Assembly: GCA_963772255.1 (NCBI GenBank)
Contig: CAVYWK010000029.1
Coordinates: 404,645 to 468,644, forward strand
DNA: 64,000 nucleotides
Reading direction: 5' to 3'
From: an uncultured Acidobacteriota bacterium
GTDB taxonomy: Bacteria; Acidobacteriota; UBA4820; DSQY01
How positions within the stretch are numbered: position 1 is the stretch's first letter; each line of letters opens with the position of its first letter. Below are positions 11,728 to 20,997 of this stretch, one piece after another. The position numbers and the translations under genes are program-made. The notes under the pieces were generated by a model. That model ran no database searches. It was given only the letters and a program-made list of their open reading frames with translations, and had not been told where the DNA came from.

Positions 11728-12024
11728 CTATTCCTTCACGTCGCGCTTGCTCAGGTCCAGGCCGATCATGGCGACCAGCTTGTCCATGAGGAATCCCAGG
11801 GTCACGCCCATGATGACCGTGAGCCCGATCGCCTCCAGCGTGAATAGGAGCCGGTTGGTGTTGTAAAGGTCGGCGAAGTAGAGGTTGAACCCGGTCAGTC
11901 CCCTCGTGTCCGCCACGTGGACGAGTTTCCCCTGTTTCTCGCCGCCCCCCGCCATGAGCGCCAGGGGCATGGAACACATGGCCAACCCCAGGGCCATCGC
12001 CAAAAATTTGACTCTCTTTCTCAT
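11728..12024 (-). CDS. Small membrane protein, putative partner of the long-type TSUP permease
   Basis: Has the signal-like N-terminus MRKRVKFLAMALGLAMCSMPLALMA. Its C-terminal motif GVTLGFLMDKLVAMIGLDLSKRD is shared with the C-terminus of the protein at 60597-61151 (GLCLGYLAEGFTDLIGLKFHKID). Confidence 0.6.
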   Translation of the reverse strand: MRKRVKFLAMALGLAMCSMPLALMAGGGEKQGKLVHVADTRGLTGFNLYFADLYNTNRLLFTLEAIGLTVIMGVTLGFLMDKLVAMIGLDLSKRDVKE

Positions 12025-12099
12025 CGCCCCCTCCCTTGCCTGAGCTTCATAGTAAGACTCTCTTGGAGAAGGCACGGAGGTCTGGTGATTTCACTCCAT

Positions 12100-12200
12100 C
12101 GCCTGTGGCAAATACCCCATTCATTTGATGAAAATCATTAATATAATATAAAAAATATGACCAATTAAAGTATTGATGATTCATATAGGTATGCAGATTA
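12100..12200. promoter_or_regulatory. AT-rich divergent intergenic island with two TTGATGA words, small palindromes and a TATAAT hexamer
   Basis: TTGATGA occurs at 12125-12131 and 12173-12179. TGATGAAAATCA is at 12126-12137, ATGATTCAT at 12176-12184, and TATAAT at 12142-12147. The island sits between minus- and plus-strand operon starts in an otherwise GC-rich sequence. Confidence 0.35.
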
Positions 12201-12303
12201 CTCTCCTTTTTGAATGGGCCCAACGCCCAGCGACCCGGCAATTTGAACCCATGGGTCCCCTCCTGCGGAATCTTCCGAGACCTCACGCGGGCGCGGTGTT
12301 AGA

Positions 12304-13386
12304 ATGATGCCGGAAAGCTTGTCGAGGGGGCGAACCATGGGCAGGACGCGCGGGAGAGCCAGGGGACTTTGGGAGCCCAGCCGGCTCCTGAAGCGGACCA
12401 TTTTGGCCCTCCTTCTCACTCCCCCCGCATGCCTCATGCTCTTCGCCCTGGCCGTCCTCTTTTGGGGTCCCCACCGCTCGGCCGCGTTCTTCATCCCCCT
12501 CGTGACGGCGCTGGCTCTCTCCACGGCCCTGGGCTGGCCCCTCGCCGCCAAGCTGCGGCGTCAGCTCACGGCCCTCGCCAGGCAGCGCGACGCCTTCTAC
12601 GAGGAACTCCTTCGCCTCTCCAAGGCCGCAAGCCTGGGGGAAGTGGCCTCCAGCATCGCCCACGATCTGAACAATCCTCTGGCCATCATGCGGGAGGAAG
12701 CGGGCTGGATTCAGGACCTGATGAAGGGCGGGGACCTTCAGGGCGCGCACACCCAGGCGGAGATCGCCAACTCGCTTCAACAGATCGACATCCAGATCGA
12801 GCGTTCCAGGGAAATCACGCGGCGCCTCCTCCAGTGGGGGCGAGACTCCGCGCCCCCGACCCAGTCGGTGGACGTGAATCTCCTCCTCAACAAAACGCTT
12901 TACCTCCTGGAAAGCGAGCTTCAGACCGCCAGCGTCAACGTGGTCAAAGACCTTCCGCCGGGCCTTGCCCATGTGCGAGGTGGGGCTCCAGAATTGCGGC
13001 AGGTGTTCTTGAACCTCATGAAGAACGCCCTGGACGCCATGAAGGACCGCGGCGGCACCCTCACGCTGGTGACCCGCCCCGAGCCCGACGGCGTGAGAAT
13101 CGAAATCACCGACACGGGTCAGGGCATTCCGGCCGCCGCCATGGAGCACATTTTCGAACCCTTTTTCACCACCAAACCCGCCAGCGACGGTACCGGCCTC
13201 GGCCTGCCCATCAGCCGCTGGATCGTGGAGAAGCTCGGCGGACGCATCGAAGTGGAGAGCCGCGAGGGAGCGGGAACGTCTTTCCAGGTGACATTACCGG
13301 CCCAGCCCATCACACCAGACATGGCCCCGACGGTTGGTCGCGACCAAAGTGTCGTGGAGGTAGCCAAAGCGTCGCCCGGAGCCTGA
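12304..13386 (+). CDS. Membrane histidine kinase with a minimal sensor (2 TM / HisKA / HATPase)
   Basis: H-box SSIAHDLNNPLAIM, N-box FLNLMKNALDAM, and G-boxes DTGQGIP and GTGLGLPISRWIV. Confidence 0.85.
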   Translation: MMPESLSRGRTMGRTRGRARGLWEPSRLLKRTILALLLTPPACLMLFALAVLFWGPHRSAAFFIPLVTALALSTALGWPLAAKLRRQLTALARQRDAFYEELLRLSKAASLGEVASSIAHDLNNPLAIMREEAGWIQDLMKGGDLQGAHTQAEIANSLQQIDIQIERSREITRRLLQWGRDSAPPTQSVDVNLLLNKTLYLLESELQTASVNVVKDLPPGLAHVRGGAPELRQVFLNLMKNALDAMKDRGGTLTLVTRPEPDGVRIEITDTGQGIPAAAMEHIFEPFFTTKPASDGTGLGLPISRWIVEKLGGRIEVESREGAGTSFQVTLPAQPITPDMAPTVGRDQSVVEVAKASPGA

Positions 13387-13489
13387 TATGTTGTCCTCGG
13401 GTGACCTTAGCCGGTCATCCTGAATACCGCCCCGGGGGGACTCCCCGAGAAGGATCTCAAGTTTGGCGTCCCACTCAACGGAGGCACTC

Positions 13490-13906
13490 ATGACCCGGCC
13501 CATTCGTCTGCTCATCGTGGATGATGAGAAACGCCTCGTGGAAACATTGTCCAAACGGCTCACCGCCAGGGGGCTTTACGTGGAGGGCGTGCACTCGGGC
13601 GCCGAGGCGCTGGCCCTGGCACAGGCCAAGCCCTTCGACGTGGCGCTGCTGGACGTCCGCATGCCCGTCATGGACGGCATCACCGTCCTGCGCGAGATTA
13701 AAAAGATCCAGCCCCTGCTGCAGGTCATCATGCTCAGCGGCAACGCCTCCATCAACGCGGCCGTGGAGGGGATGCGGCTCGGCGCGGTGGAGTACCTGCT
13801 CAAGCCGGCCAACATCGAAGATGTTCTCGCCAAAATCGAGGAGGCATTCAACAAGAAGCGCCTCCAAGAAGAACGCCAGGCGGCACAGCGGGAGCCCGGA
13901 GGTTAG
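13490..13906 (+). CDS. Stand-alone receiver-domain response regulator (no output domain)
   Basis: Contains MTRPIRLLIVDDEKRL...DVALLDVRMPVMDG...MLSGN...YLLKP. The ORF-track start is 13463; I prefer the ATG at 13490. Confidence 0.85.
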   Translation: MTRPIRLLIVDDEKRLVETLSKRLTARGLYVEGVHSGAEALALAQAKPFDVALLDVRMPVMDGITVLREIKKIQPLLQVIMLSGNASINAAVEGMRLGAVEYLLKPANIEDVLAKIEEAFNKKRLQEERQAAQREPGG

Positions 13907-13912
13907 AGCCAA

Positions 13913-16558
13913 ATGAACTTGCGGCGATTCTTCCGACGACTCCTGGGGAGGGACCGGTGGAAGCCCCTGGAGGCGCGTCCCGATGCCAGGGCGGCGCTCC
14001 ATCTTCAGTACCTCACCTTCAAGGACCTCATCACGTCCAACGACGAGATCCTTGAAGTGATCGCCGACATGGAAAAGAAGCTGGAGGGCCGAACCACCTT
14101 CGGCATGACGTTCGTCCGCTCCAGGTCCGTCACCGCAGCGAGCCACGCCTACCGCATGATCCAGAACCTTAACGCCCTGTCCCATCGCCGTTACCAGGAA
14201 CTGTATGTGCGGTTTGCGGATATCCAGCAGTCGGTGGAGCGAGTCCTGGCCAGAGATCCGGGGCGGGAGAGGGGACCCCTCGTCCTGCCTCTGGAGTCCG
14301 TAACCCTGGATCACTTGGACCGGGTGGGCGGCAAGAGCGCGAACTTGGGGGAAATGAAGAATCGGGCCGGGCTCCCCGTGCCCGAGGGCTTCGCCATCAC
14401 GACCGGCGCTTGCATTGAATTTTTTGAGGCCAACCAGCTCCAGGACGAGATCCGCGCTCTGCTGTTGGGGCTCGATGTGGAGGACCTGCAGTCCGCCTCC
14501 GGAACCAGCGAGACCATTCGCCAGGCCATCCTGGCGGCGGTCCTTCCGCCCCGGATCGAAGCGGCCATTCTCGATGGTTACGCGCACCTGTCCTCCTCCT
14601 TGGGTTCCGGGCCGCGGGTCGCACTCCGGTCGAGCGCCCTCGGAGAAGACGGCGAATTGTCTTTTGCGGGACAGTACGTGAGCCTCCTGAACGTCCCGGC
14701 GGGCGAAATCCTGGCCGCCTACAAGGACGTCATCGCGGGGCTCTACACCCCCAGGGCCATCTGCTACCGGGCCATCAAGGGCATTCCCGACGAAGACGTC
14801 CCCATGGGCGTCTCCTGTCTGGCCATGGTGGACGCCGTGGCCAGTGGCGTGGCCTGTTCGGTGGATCCCAACCGTCCGGATGTGCGGCGCATGGTCATCA
14901 ACGGAGCCTGGGGCCTGGGCATCGGTACGGTGGATGGTTCGGTGAGCCCCGACACCTGGACCGTCTCCAAGGGCGAGCGGAATTCCGTCATGGCCCGCAT
15001 CGCAGGTTCCAAGGAGACGAGCGTGGAGTCACTGTCCCAGGGGGGCGTGGAGGCCGTGCCCGTACCCTCCGAACTCAGGCCTTCCCTGTGCCTCACCGAC
15101 GTGCAGGTGGAGGACCTGGCCCGCCTCGTGCAAGCCGCGGAGAGCCACTACGGCGTGCCCCAAGAGGTCGAGTGGGCGCTGGATCGGTCGGGACGGCTCT
15201 TCCTCCTCCAGGCCAGGCCACTCCATGCCAGTTCCCGGTGGACGGAAAAGGAAGAGGCACCCGGGGAAGTGGAGGGACACGCCCTGCTGCTGTCCGGGGT
15301 CTCGGCCTCCACCGGCTGCGGCAGCGGGCCCGCGTTCCTGTCCTTCGGTCCCGATGACATCGGGGGGTTCCCCGAGGGCGCGGTCCTCGTAGCCCGCCAC
15401 TCCCACCCGCAATATGTCCGGGTCATGGACCGGGCGTCCGCCATCGTGGCGGACATCGGCGCTCCCACCGGGCACATGGCTTCCCTCGCGAGGGAGTTCG
15501 GCATCCCCGCCGTGCTGGATGCGCACCGCGCGACGGCCGTCCTCAAGCCCGGCGATGTGGTCACCGTGGACGGCAACCGCGGTGCGGTCTATGAGGGCCG
15601 GGCGGAAGGCCTGCTTGCCGAGCAGGGGGAGCGGGGACCCAAGGGTATGTCGGGAACGCCCGTTCACTCGGTATTGACGGAGGTTTCCAGGCATGTCGTG
15701 ACCCTCAACCTCACCGATCCCAAATCGCCCGACTTCAGCGCCGGGTCGTGCCGGACGTTTCACGACATCGCGAGGTTTGTACACGAGAAGGCCTTCGAGG
15801 AGATGTTCCGAGTCAGCGACCATGTGTCCTACGAGGAACTCCGCTCCCTGCCCCTTTCGGCGCGGCTGCCCTTCACGGTGTACCTCATCGACCTGGGCGG
15901 AGGGCTGAATCGGCGGCCAGGGGCGCTGAACGTGAAGCAAGAGGAGGTCACCTCCCTGCCCATGACGGCCCTGCTGGCGGGCATGACCAACCCCGAGCTG
16001 CGCTGGTGGCAGCCGAAGGCGCTCAGCGTGAGCGGGGTCGCCTCGGTGACGACGCAGGCGATCTTCACGCCCTTTGTGGAATACGGGGAGAGAAAGCTCG
16101 GGGATCGGAGCTACGCCATCGTGGCGGAAGCCTACTGCAACTTCAGCTCGCGCATCGGCTACCATTTCGCGGCCGTGGATTCCTACTGCGGCGATTCCCC
16201 CAGCCGCAATTACATCAGCTTCCGATTCAAGGGTGGGGCCGCGGACGAGGCGCGCCGGGTCAACCGGTGCGTCCTTCTGGAGCGGATCCTGCTGGGCATG
16301 GACTTCCAGGTGGAGAGGCAGGGGGACCTGGTGAACGCCAGGATCAGGAAGTTCAGCATGGAATCCACGCTCAAACGCCTGGACCAGTTGGGCCGGCTCA
16401 TCGTCGCCACCCGCCAGCTGGACATGAGGATGGGGCAGCGATCCTCCGTGGACTGGTACGCCAAGGCGTTCACGGAGGGCAACTACCTGTTCGATCCCGA
16501 TTTTCATTCGGACACCGGCCGGAAGGACCCCTCGAGAATCGAGGTCCAGGAGTGTTGA
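13913..16558 (+). CDS. PpsA-like phosphotransferase: N-terminal helical region, PPDK_N-type ATP-grasp, phosphohistidine swivel, then an unrecognised ~300 aa C-terminal domain (copy 1)
   Basis: Contains GGKSANLGEM, RSSALGEDGELSFAGQY and the swivel histidine TGHMASLAREFGIPAV. The C-terminus (LNLTDPKSPDF...CRTFHDIARFVHEKAFEEMF...YHFAAVDSYC...NYISFRFKGGAA) lacks the PEP/pyruvate TIM-barrel motifs I can recognise. Confidence 0.8.
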   Translation: MNLRRFFRRLLGRDRWKPLEARPDARAALHLQYLTFKDLITSNDEILEVIADMEKKLEGRTTFGMTFVRSRSVTAASHAYRMIQNLNALSHRRYQELYVRFADIQQSVERVLARDPGRERGPLVLPLESVTLDHLDRVGGKSANLGEMKNRAGLPVPEGFAITTGACIEFFEANQLQDEIRALLLGLDVEDLQSASGTSETIRQAILAAVLPPRIEAAILDGYAHLSSSLGSGPRVALRSSALGEDGELSFAGQYVSLLNVPAGEILAAYKDVIAGLYTPRAICYRAIKGIPDEDVPMGVSCLAMVDAVASGVACSVDPNRPDVRRMVINGAWGLGIGTVDGSVSPDTWTVSKGERNSVMARIAGSKETSVESLSQGGVEAVPVPSELRPSLCLTDVQVEDLARLVQAAESHYGVPQEVEWALDRSGRLFLLQARPLHASSRWTEKEEAPGEVEGHALLLSGVSASTGCGSGPAFLSFGPDDIGGFPEGAVLVARHSHPQYVRVMDRASAIVADIGAPTGHMASLAREFGIPAVLDAHRATAVLKPGDVVTVDGNRGAVYEGRAEGLLAEQGERGPKGMSGTPVHSVLTEVSRHVVTLNLTDPKSPDFSAGSCRTFHDIARFVHEKAFEEMFRVSDHVSYEELRSLPLSARLPFTVYLIDLGGGLNRRPGALNVKQEEVTSLPMTALLAGMTNPELRWWQPKALSVSGVASVTTQAIFTPFVEYGERKLGDRSYAIVAEAYCNFSSRIGYHFAAVDSYCGDSPSRNYISFRFKGGAADEARRVNRCVLLERILLGMDFQVERQGDLVNARIRKFSMESTLKRLDQLGRLIVATRQLDMRMGQRSSVDWYAKAFTEGNYLFDPDFHSDTGRKDPSRIEVQEC

Positions 16559-19152
16559 TCGATCAGGTCCGCGGCTTTCTCAAGACCCGCTTCGGCCGGC
16601 TCTCGGAGGAGGAGGCCCGGAGCCGGCTGGCCCTGAAGTACGCCGCGTTCAAACGGCTCGTGGACGCCAACACGGCGGCCCTGGAGGTCATGGCGGACAT
16701 GCAGGCCAAAGCCACCGGCGAGTACCTGTTCGACCGGGCCTATGTGGACGAGTCCTTCGCGCGCCTTTCGGAACTCACTTCCGGCGTCGTACAGGATCTT
16801 CAGGATCTCTCGGACGGCCGTCACAAGGCGCTGAGCGCCGCCATGGAACAGGTGGCGAGCGCGGCCAGGCAGACCGCGGGAGAGGCACAGCGCCAGCACG
16901 GCGGCCCCGCGGTCATCGACCTGTCCTCCCTGAAAGGCGCGCCCCTCGAGCTCGTGGGCGGAAAGGTCCAGCGCCTCGGGGAGATCATGACCGAGGTGGG
17001 ACTCCCCGTACCCGACGGGTTCTGCGTCACCACCGCCGCGTGCGGCCTCTACCTCGAACAGAAAGACCTTCTGGGCGCCATCCGTGATCACATCGCCCAG
17101 ATCTCCCTCAAGGACAAGGAGGAGCTCAACAGGGCGAGTCAGGCCATCAAGTCGGCGATCATGGATGCCTCCTGGCCCGATGCCGTGTCGAAGTCCATCC
17201 TGGCGGCGTACGATGCCCTGGCCCACCGCGTGGGCCGCGGGGCGGGCCAGGACCTGAGGGTCTCGGTGCGGTCCAGCGCGGTGGGCGAGGACGGCGACTT
17301 CAGCTTCGCCGGGCAGTTCGACACCGTTCTCAACGTGAGCCGGGATGACTTGCTCCGAACCTGCCAGGAGGTTTTGGCGAGCCAATTCGGTCCGAGGGCG
17401 CTGGTCTACTTCAAGGCCAGGGGGGTGGGCGCCGGCGTCCTTCCCATGGCCATCGGCGTCGTCGCCATGCTCGACGCCCGCGCCAGCGGCGTCCTCTACA
17501 CGCGCGACCCCCAGGAGCCCGAATCGGACGCCCTCGTCGTGGCCGGGCTCTGGGGATTGGGCAGCCTGGCCGTGGACGGCTCCGTCAACCCCGACGTCTT
17601 CACCCTTTCGCGCGATCCGGAGCCTTCGCTTCGTGAGACGAAGGTGTCCGCCAAGAGCCGAATGTTGCTCTGCCGGGAAACCACGGGTCTGGTCGAAGTC
17701 GAGGTCCCCGGATGGATGAGGGACCAGCCCTGCCTGAGCAAGGACCAGGTCGCCCTCCTGGGCGCCTACGGCAAGAAGTTGGAGGAGCACTTCTCCAGGC
17801 CGCAGGATGTGGAATGGGCCTTGGATGCGAAAGACGATCTGTACATCCTCCAATCCAGGCCCCTGAGGATCGCCCCTTCGGTGAAACCCGGACAGAATGT
17901 GATGGCGCTGAGGCAGGGATTGACCCCCCTCCTTCAGGGCGGCGTCGTGGCCTGCAAGGGCTGCGCCGCCGGCCTCGTGCACGTGCTCTCCTCGGAGGAC
18001 GACGTGCACCTCGTCCCCCCCGGCGCCGTCGTGGTCGCCAGGTCCGCATCCCCGAAGCTGGCGGAGGCGCTGGACCGAGCCGCCGCCATGGTGACCGACG
18101 CGGGTTCCGCCGCCAGCCACCTGGCGACGGTGGCCAGGGAGTTCGGGATCCCCTCCATTTTCGGCGCACCGTCGGCCACCAGCCTTCTCAGGCAGGGCAT
18201 GATGGTGACCGTGGACGCGGATCTCGGAAATGTCTACGAAGGACGCGCCGAGGCCCTCCTCCAGGGCACGGCCAAGCACCCGGTCCACGCCGAAGAGTCA
18301 CCCCTCCTGAAGAGGTTCCGCGCGAGCCTCGCACACGTGACGCCTCTCCACCTGACCGACCCCCGAAGCCCCGGCTTCAAAGCCTCGAAGTGCAGGACGC
18401 TCCACGACATCCTCAGATTCGCCCACGAGATGGCGGTGGAGGAGATGTTCCTGGCCGGGAGCTTGGCGTCCAGGGGCACGAGGCATGCCCTGAGGCTGAA
18501 GAGCGCCTTGCCCGTGGACTTCTTCTTCATCGATCTGGGCGGAGGTCTGGGCGCCCTTCCGGAGGGGGGCCAGGTGACCCCTGAGGTCTTCGTGTGCCGT
18601 CCGCTGATCCCCTTGTGGCGCGGGATGGTGCAGGCGCCGTGGAGAACCGACGCGGCGGCGGGCGCAGGCGATATGGCCTCCCTGTTCGCGAACACGATGA
18701 CCGCGAGGGACGCCCTGGAGCAGGCCGCCTCGCCCAATTTCGTGATCGTGTCCGACGCCTATCTCAACCTGAGCTTCCGGCTCGGATACCACTTCTCCCG
18801 CGTGGACGCCTATCTCTCCGGCCGCGTCGAAGACAACTACGCGAGCTTCCTGTTCCACGGTGGAGCGGCGAACCTGGCCGGAAAGACGCGCAGGATCCGG
18901 TTCCTCGCGGGGGCGTTGGAGGCGGCCGGATTTCAAGTCCACCACCGGGAGGACGCCCTGTTCGCCCGGACCGGCCATGCCCAAGCCGCCGAAATGGACC
19001 GCAGGCTGGAAGACCTGGGAAGGCTCCTGGTGATCACGAGGCAGGCCGATACCCTCTTCGGCGACGAGACCGAAGTGGACAGGGCCCTGGCGGCATACCG
19101 GGCGGGCGACCTCTCTCTGGGGTTCCGGCCGGAAGGGGAGGGGACCCCATGA
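16552..19152 (+). CDS. PpsA-like phosphotransferase, copy 2, translationally coupled to copy 1
   Basis: The GTG at 16552 overlaps the upstream stop (GTGTTGA). Contains GGKVQRLGEI, RSSAVGEDGDFSFAGQF, the swivel histidine ASHLATVAREFGIPSIFG, and the same C-terminal family (CRTLHDILRFAHEMAVEEMF...YHFSRVDAYL...NYASFLFHGGAA). Confidence 0.8.
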   Translation: MLIDQVRGFLKTRFGRLSEEEARSRLALKYAAFKRLVDANTAALEVMADMQAKATGEYLFDRAYVDESFARLSELTSGVVQDLQDLSDGRHKALSAAMEQVASAARQTAGEAQRQHGGPAVIDLSSLKGAPLELVGGKVQRLGEIMTEVGLPVPDGFCVTTAACGLYLEQKDLLGAIRDHIAQISLKDKEELNRASQAIKSAIMDASWPDAVSKSILAAYDALAHRVGRGAGQDLRVSVRSSAVGEDGDFSFAGQFDTVLNVSRDDLLRTCQEVLASQFGPRALVYFKARGVGAGVLPMAIGVVAMLDARASGVLYTRDPQEPESDALVVAGLWGLGSLAVDGSVNPDVFTLSRDPEPSLRETKVSAKSRMLLCRETTGLVEVEVPGWMRDQPCLSKDQVALLGAYGKKLEEHFSRPQDVEWALDAKDDLYILQSRPLRIAPSVKPGQNVMALRQGLTPLLQGGVVACKGCAAGLVHVLSSEDDVHLVPPGAVVVARSASPKLAEALDRAAAMVTDAGSAASHLATVAREFGIPSIFGAPSATSLLRQGMMVTVDADLGNVYEGRAEALLQGTAKHPVHAEESPLLKRFRASLAHVTPLHLTDPRSPGFKASKCRTLHDILRFAHEMAVEEMFLAGSLASRGTRHALRLKSALPVDFFFIDLGGGLGALPEGGQVTPEVFVCRPLIPLWRGMVQAPWRTDAAAGAGDMASLFANTMTARDALEQAASPNFVIVSDAYLNLSFRLGYHFSRVDAYLSGRVEDNYASFLFHGGAANLAGKTRRIRFLAGALEAAGFQVHHREDALFARTGHAQAAEMDRRLEDLGRLLVITRQADTLFGDETEVDRALAAYRAGDLSLGFRPEGEGTP

Positions 19153-20957
19153 GGCGCCTTTACCCAGTTCTTCGCATGCTGCCGTTCCTGGGCATTCTGG
19201 CCACGGCCTTGCTGCTGATTTTCGCGTTCGTGCTGGGGCTGGTGTCCTTCGGCAAGATGCGCCAGGTGGTCACGGAGGAGTTCAACGGCCAGCAGCTCGT
19301 TCTGGCGCAGAACCTGGCGGCGCTCATCCAACAGGACCTGGATTTCCTGCGCCGCGAGTTGACCGTGCTCAACCTCTCGCCCTCCGTCCAGTACAGCGAA
19401 TCGCCCTCGCTGGTGAGCCGCCTGAAGGTGACTCTGGGCTCCATTCAGGAGGGCGAGCTTCTGGAAATCCGCCGCGTCTCAGCCGATGGAATGGAGGCCG
19501 TCGTCCTGGACCGTTCGGGCGTGGTCAGGACCGAACCGGGGCCCTTCACGGACGACCCCTGCTTCATCTGGGGGGTCTCTCCGAGAAACCGCGGCCGCAT
19601 CCTCATGGGCGAGCCGTCGCGACATTTGCTGGAGCGTTATGGCGGCCGACCCCTGATGGTCATGGCCATCCCGCATTACCAGACCTCTTCGGACGAGGCC
19701 CACCCCCATCCCACGGGGCAATTCTCCGGCGCGCTCATGTTCGTGCTCGACGCGTCGGCCATCGCCGGCAGGTTCACCGACCACGCCCGTTCGGGCAACA
19801 CGGGGTATGCCTGGGTCATCGACGAGCACGGGACGTTTCTCGCGCATCCCATGAACTCGTTCGTGGGGAAGAACGCCTTCACGGTTCGGACGCAGCTCAA
19901 CCCCTCCATAGGATTCGAGGGGATCAACGCCATCATGAGCGACCGGATGCTCACGGGCCAGGAGGGCACGGGCTCCTATATCTCCGGCTGGCACCGCCAG
20001 GCCGTCGGGCCCATCCACAAGCTCATCGGATTCTGCCCCGTCCGCATCGATCCGGAGCGGCCCAACCGGCGGTGGTCCGTGGCGGTAGTTGCCCCGGTGA
20101 GCGAGGTCCACGGGCTGGTGGCATCGCTCTTCATGCGCCAATTCTTCATGCAGGCCGCCATCGTCTTGGCCATCCTGGCCGGCGGCCTGTCGCTCTTCCG
20201 GCTGGAACGCCACTGGACGCGGATCAAGAAGCAGCGCGAGCGGGAGGTCAACCTCAGTTCGAGGCTCGCGTCCCTGGGCATGCTGTCCGCGGGCGTGGCC
20301 CACGAGATCAACAACCCCATCGCCATCATTCTCGGATTCACGGATGTCCTGCTCGAGGAAACTCCGCCGGACACGAAGGCTTACGGGCATCTCAAGATCA
20401 TCGAGCGGCAGGGCCTGGCCTGCAAAAAGATCGTGGAGAACTTGGGGCGCTTCGCCAGGATTCCCGAACAGCGCGACGAGACGACGGATCTCAACGAAGA
20501 GGTGCGCCGCGTGCTGTCCATGGTCCAGAACACGCTCCTGACGGAGAAGGTCGAGTGTCACGCCGAACTCCATGAGGATTTGCCCCGGGTCATGGGCGAT
20601 CCCCAGGGTCTCCAGCAGGTTCTTTTGAACCTCATCACCAACGCCCGAGGGGCCATGAAGAAGAGCGGGGGTACCCTCACGGTGGAGACGCGCAGGCTGG
20701 ATGACCGTGTGGCCGTGTCCGTGAGCGACACGGGCCATGGCATCCCCAAGAAAGACCTGGGGCGGATTTTCGACCCCTTCTTCACCACCAAAGCTCCAGG
20801 AGAAGGGACGGGGCTCGGCCTCTCCATCAGCCACGGCATCGTCGAGAAGGCCGGGGGAAAAATAACCGTGGAGAGCACCCACGAGGACGATGCAGGTGCC
20901 GGGCACTCCGGTACGACCTTTACCGTGGTCCTGCCCGTCGTGGCCCAGAAATCCTGA
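19149..20957 (+). CDS. Sensor histidine kinase with a Cache-like extracytoplasmic domain
   Basis: ATGA overlap with the upstream stop. Has a TM segment, then GYAWVIDEHGTFLAHPMNSFVGKNAF, a second TM segment, H-box GVAHEINNPIAII, and G-box GTGLGLSISHGIV. Confidence 0.85.
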   Translation: MRRLYPVLRMLPFLGILATALLLIFAFVLGLVSFGKMRQVVTEEFNGQQLVLAQNLAALIQQDLDFLRRELTVLNLSPSVQYSESPSLVSRLKVTLGSIQEGELLEIRRVSADGMEAVVLDRSGVVRTEPGPFTDDPCFIWGVSPRNRGRILMGEPSRHLLERYGGRPLMVMAIPHYQTSSDEAHPHPTGQFSGALMFVLDASAIAGRFTDHARSGNTGYAWVIDEHGTFLAHPMNSFVGKNAFTVRTQLNPSIGFEGINAIMSDRMLTGQEGTGSYISGWHRQAVGPIHKLIGFCPVRIDPERPNRRWSVAVVAPVSEVHGLVASLFMRQFFMQAAIVLAILAGGLSLFRLERHWTRIKKQREREVNLSSRLASLGMLSAGVAHEINNPIAIILGFTDVLLEETPPDTKAYGHLKIIERQGLACKKIVENLGRFARIPEQRDETTDLNEEVRRVLSMVQNTLLTEKVECHAELHEDLPRVMGDPQGLQQVLLNLITNARGAMKKSGGTLTVETRRLDDRVAVSVSDTGHGIPKKDLGRIFDPFFTTKAPGEGTGLGLSISHGIVEKAGGKITVESTHEDDAGAGHSGTTFTVVLPVVAQKS

Positions 20958-20997
20958 GCGACAAGGGCGGGGCCGGGTTCATCGCGAGGAGGTTTGA

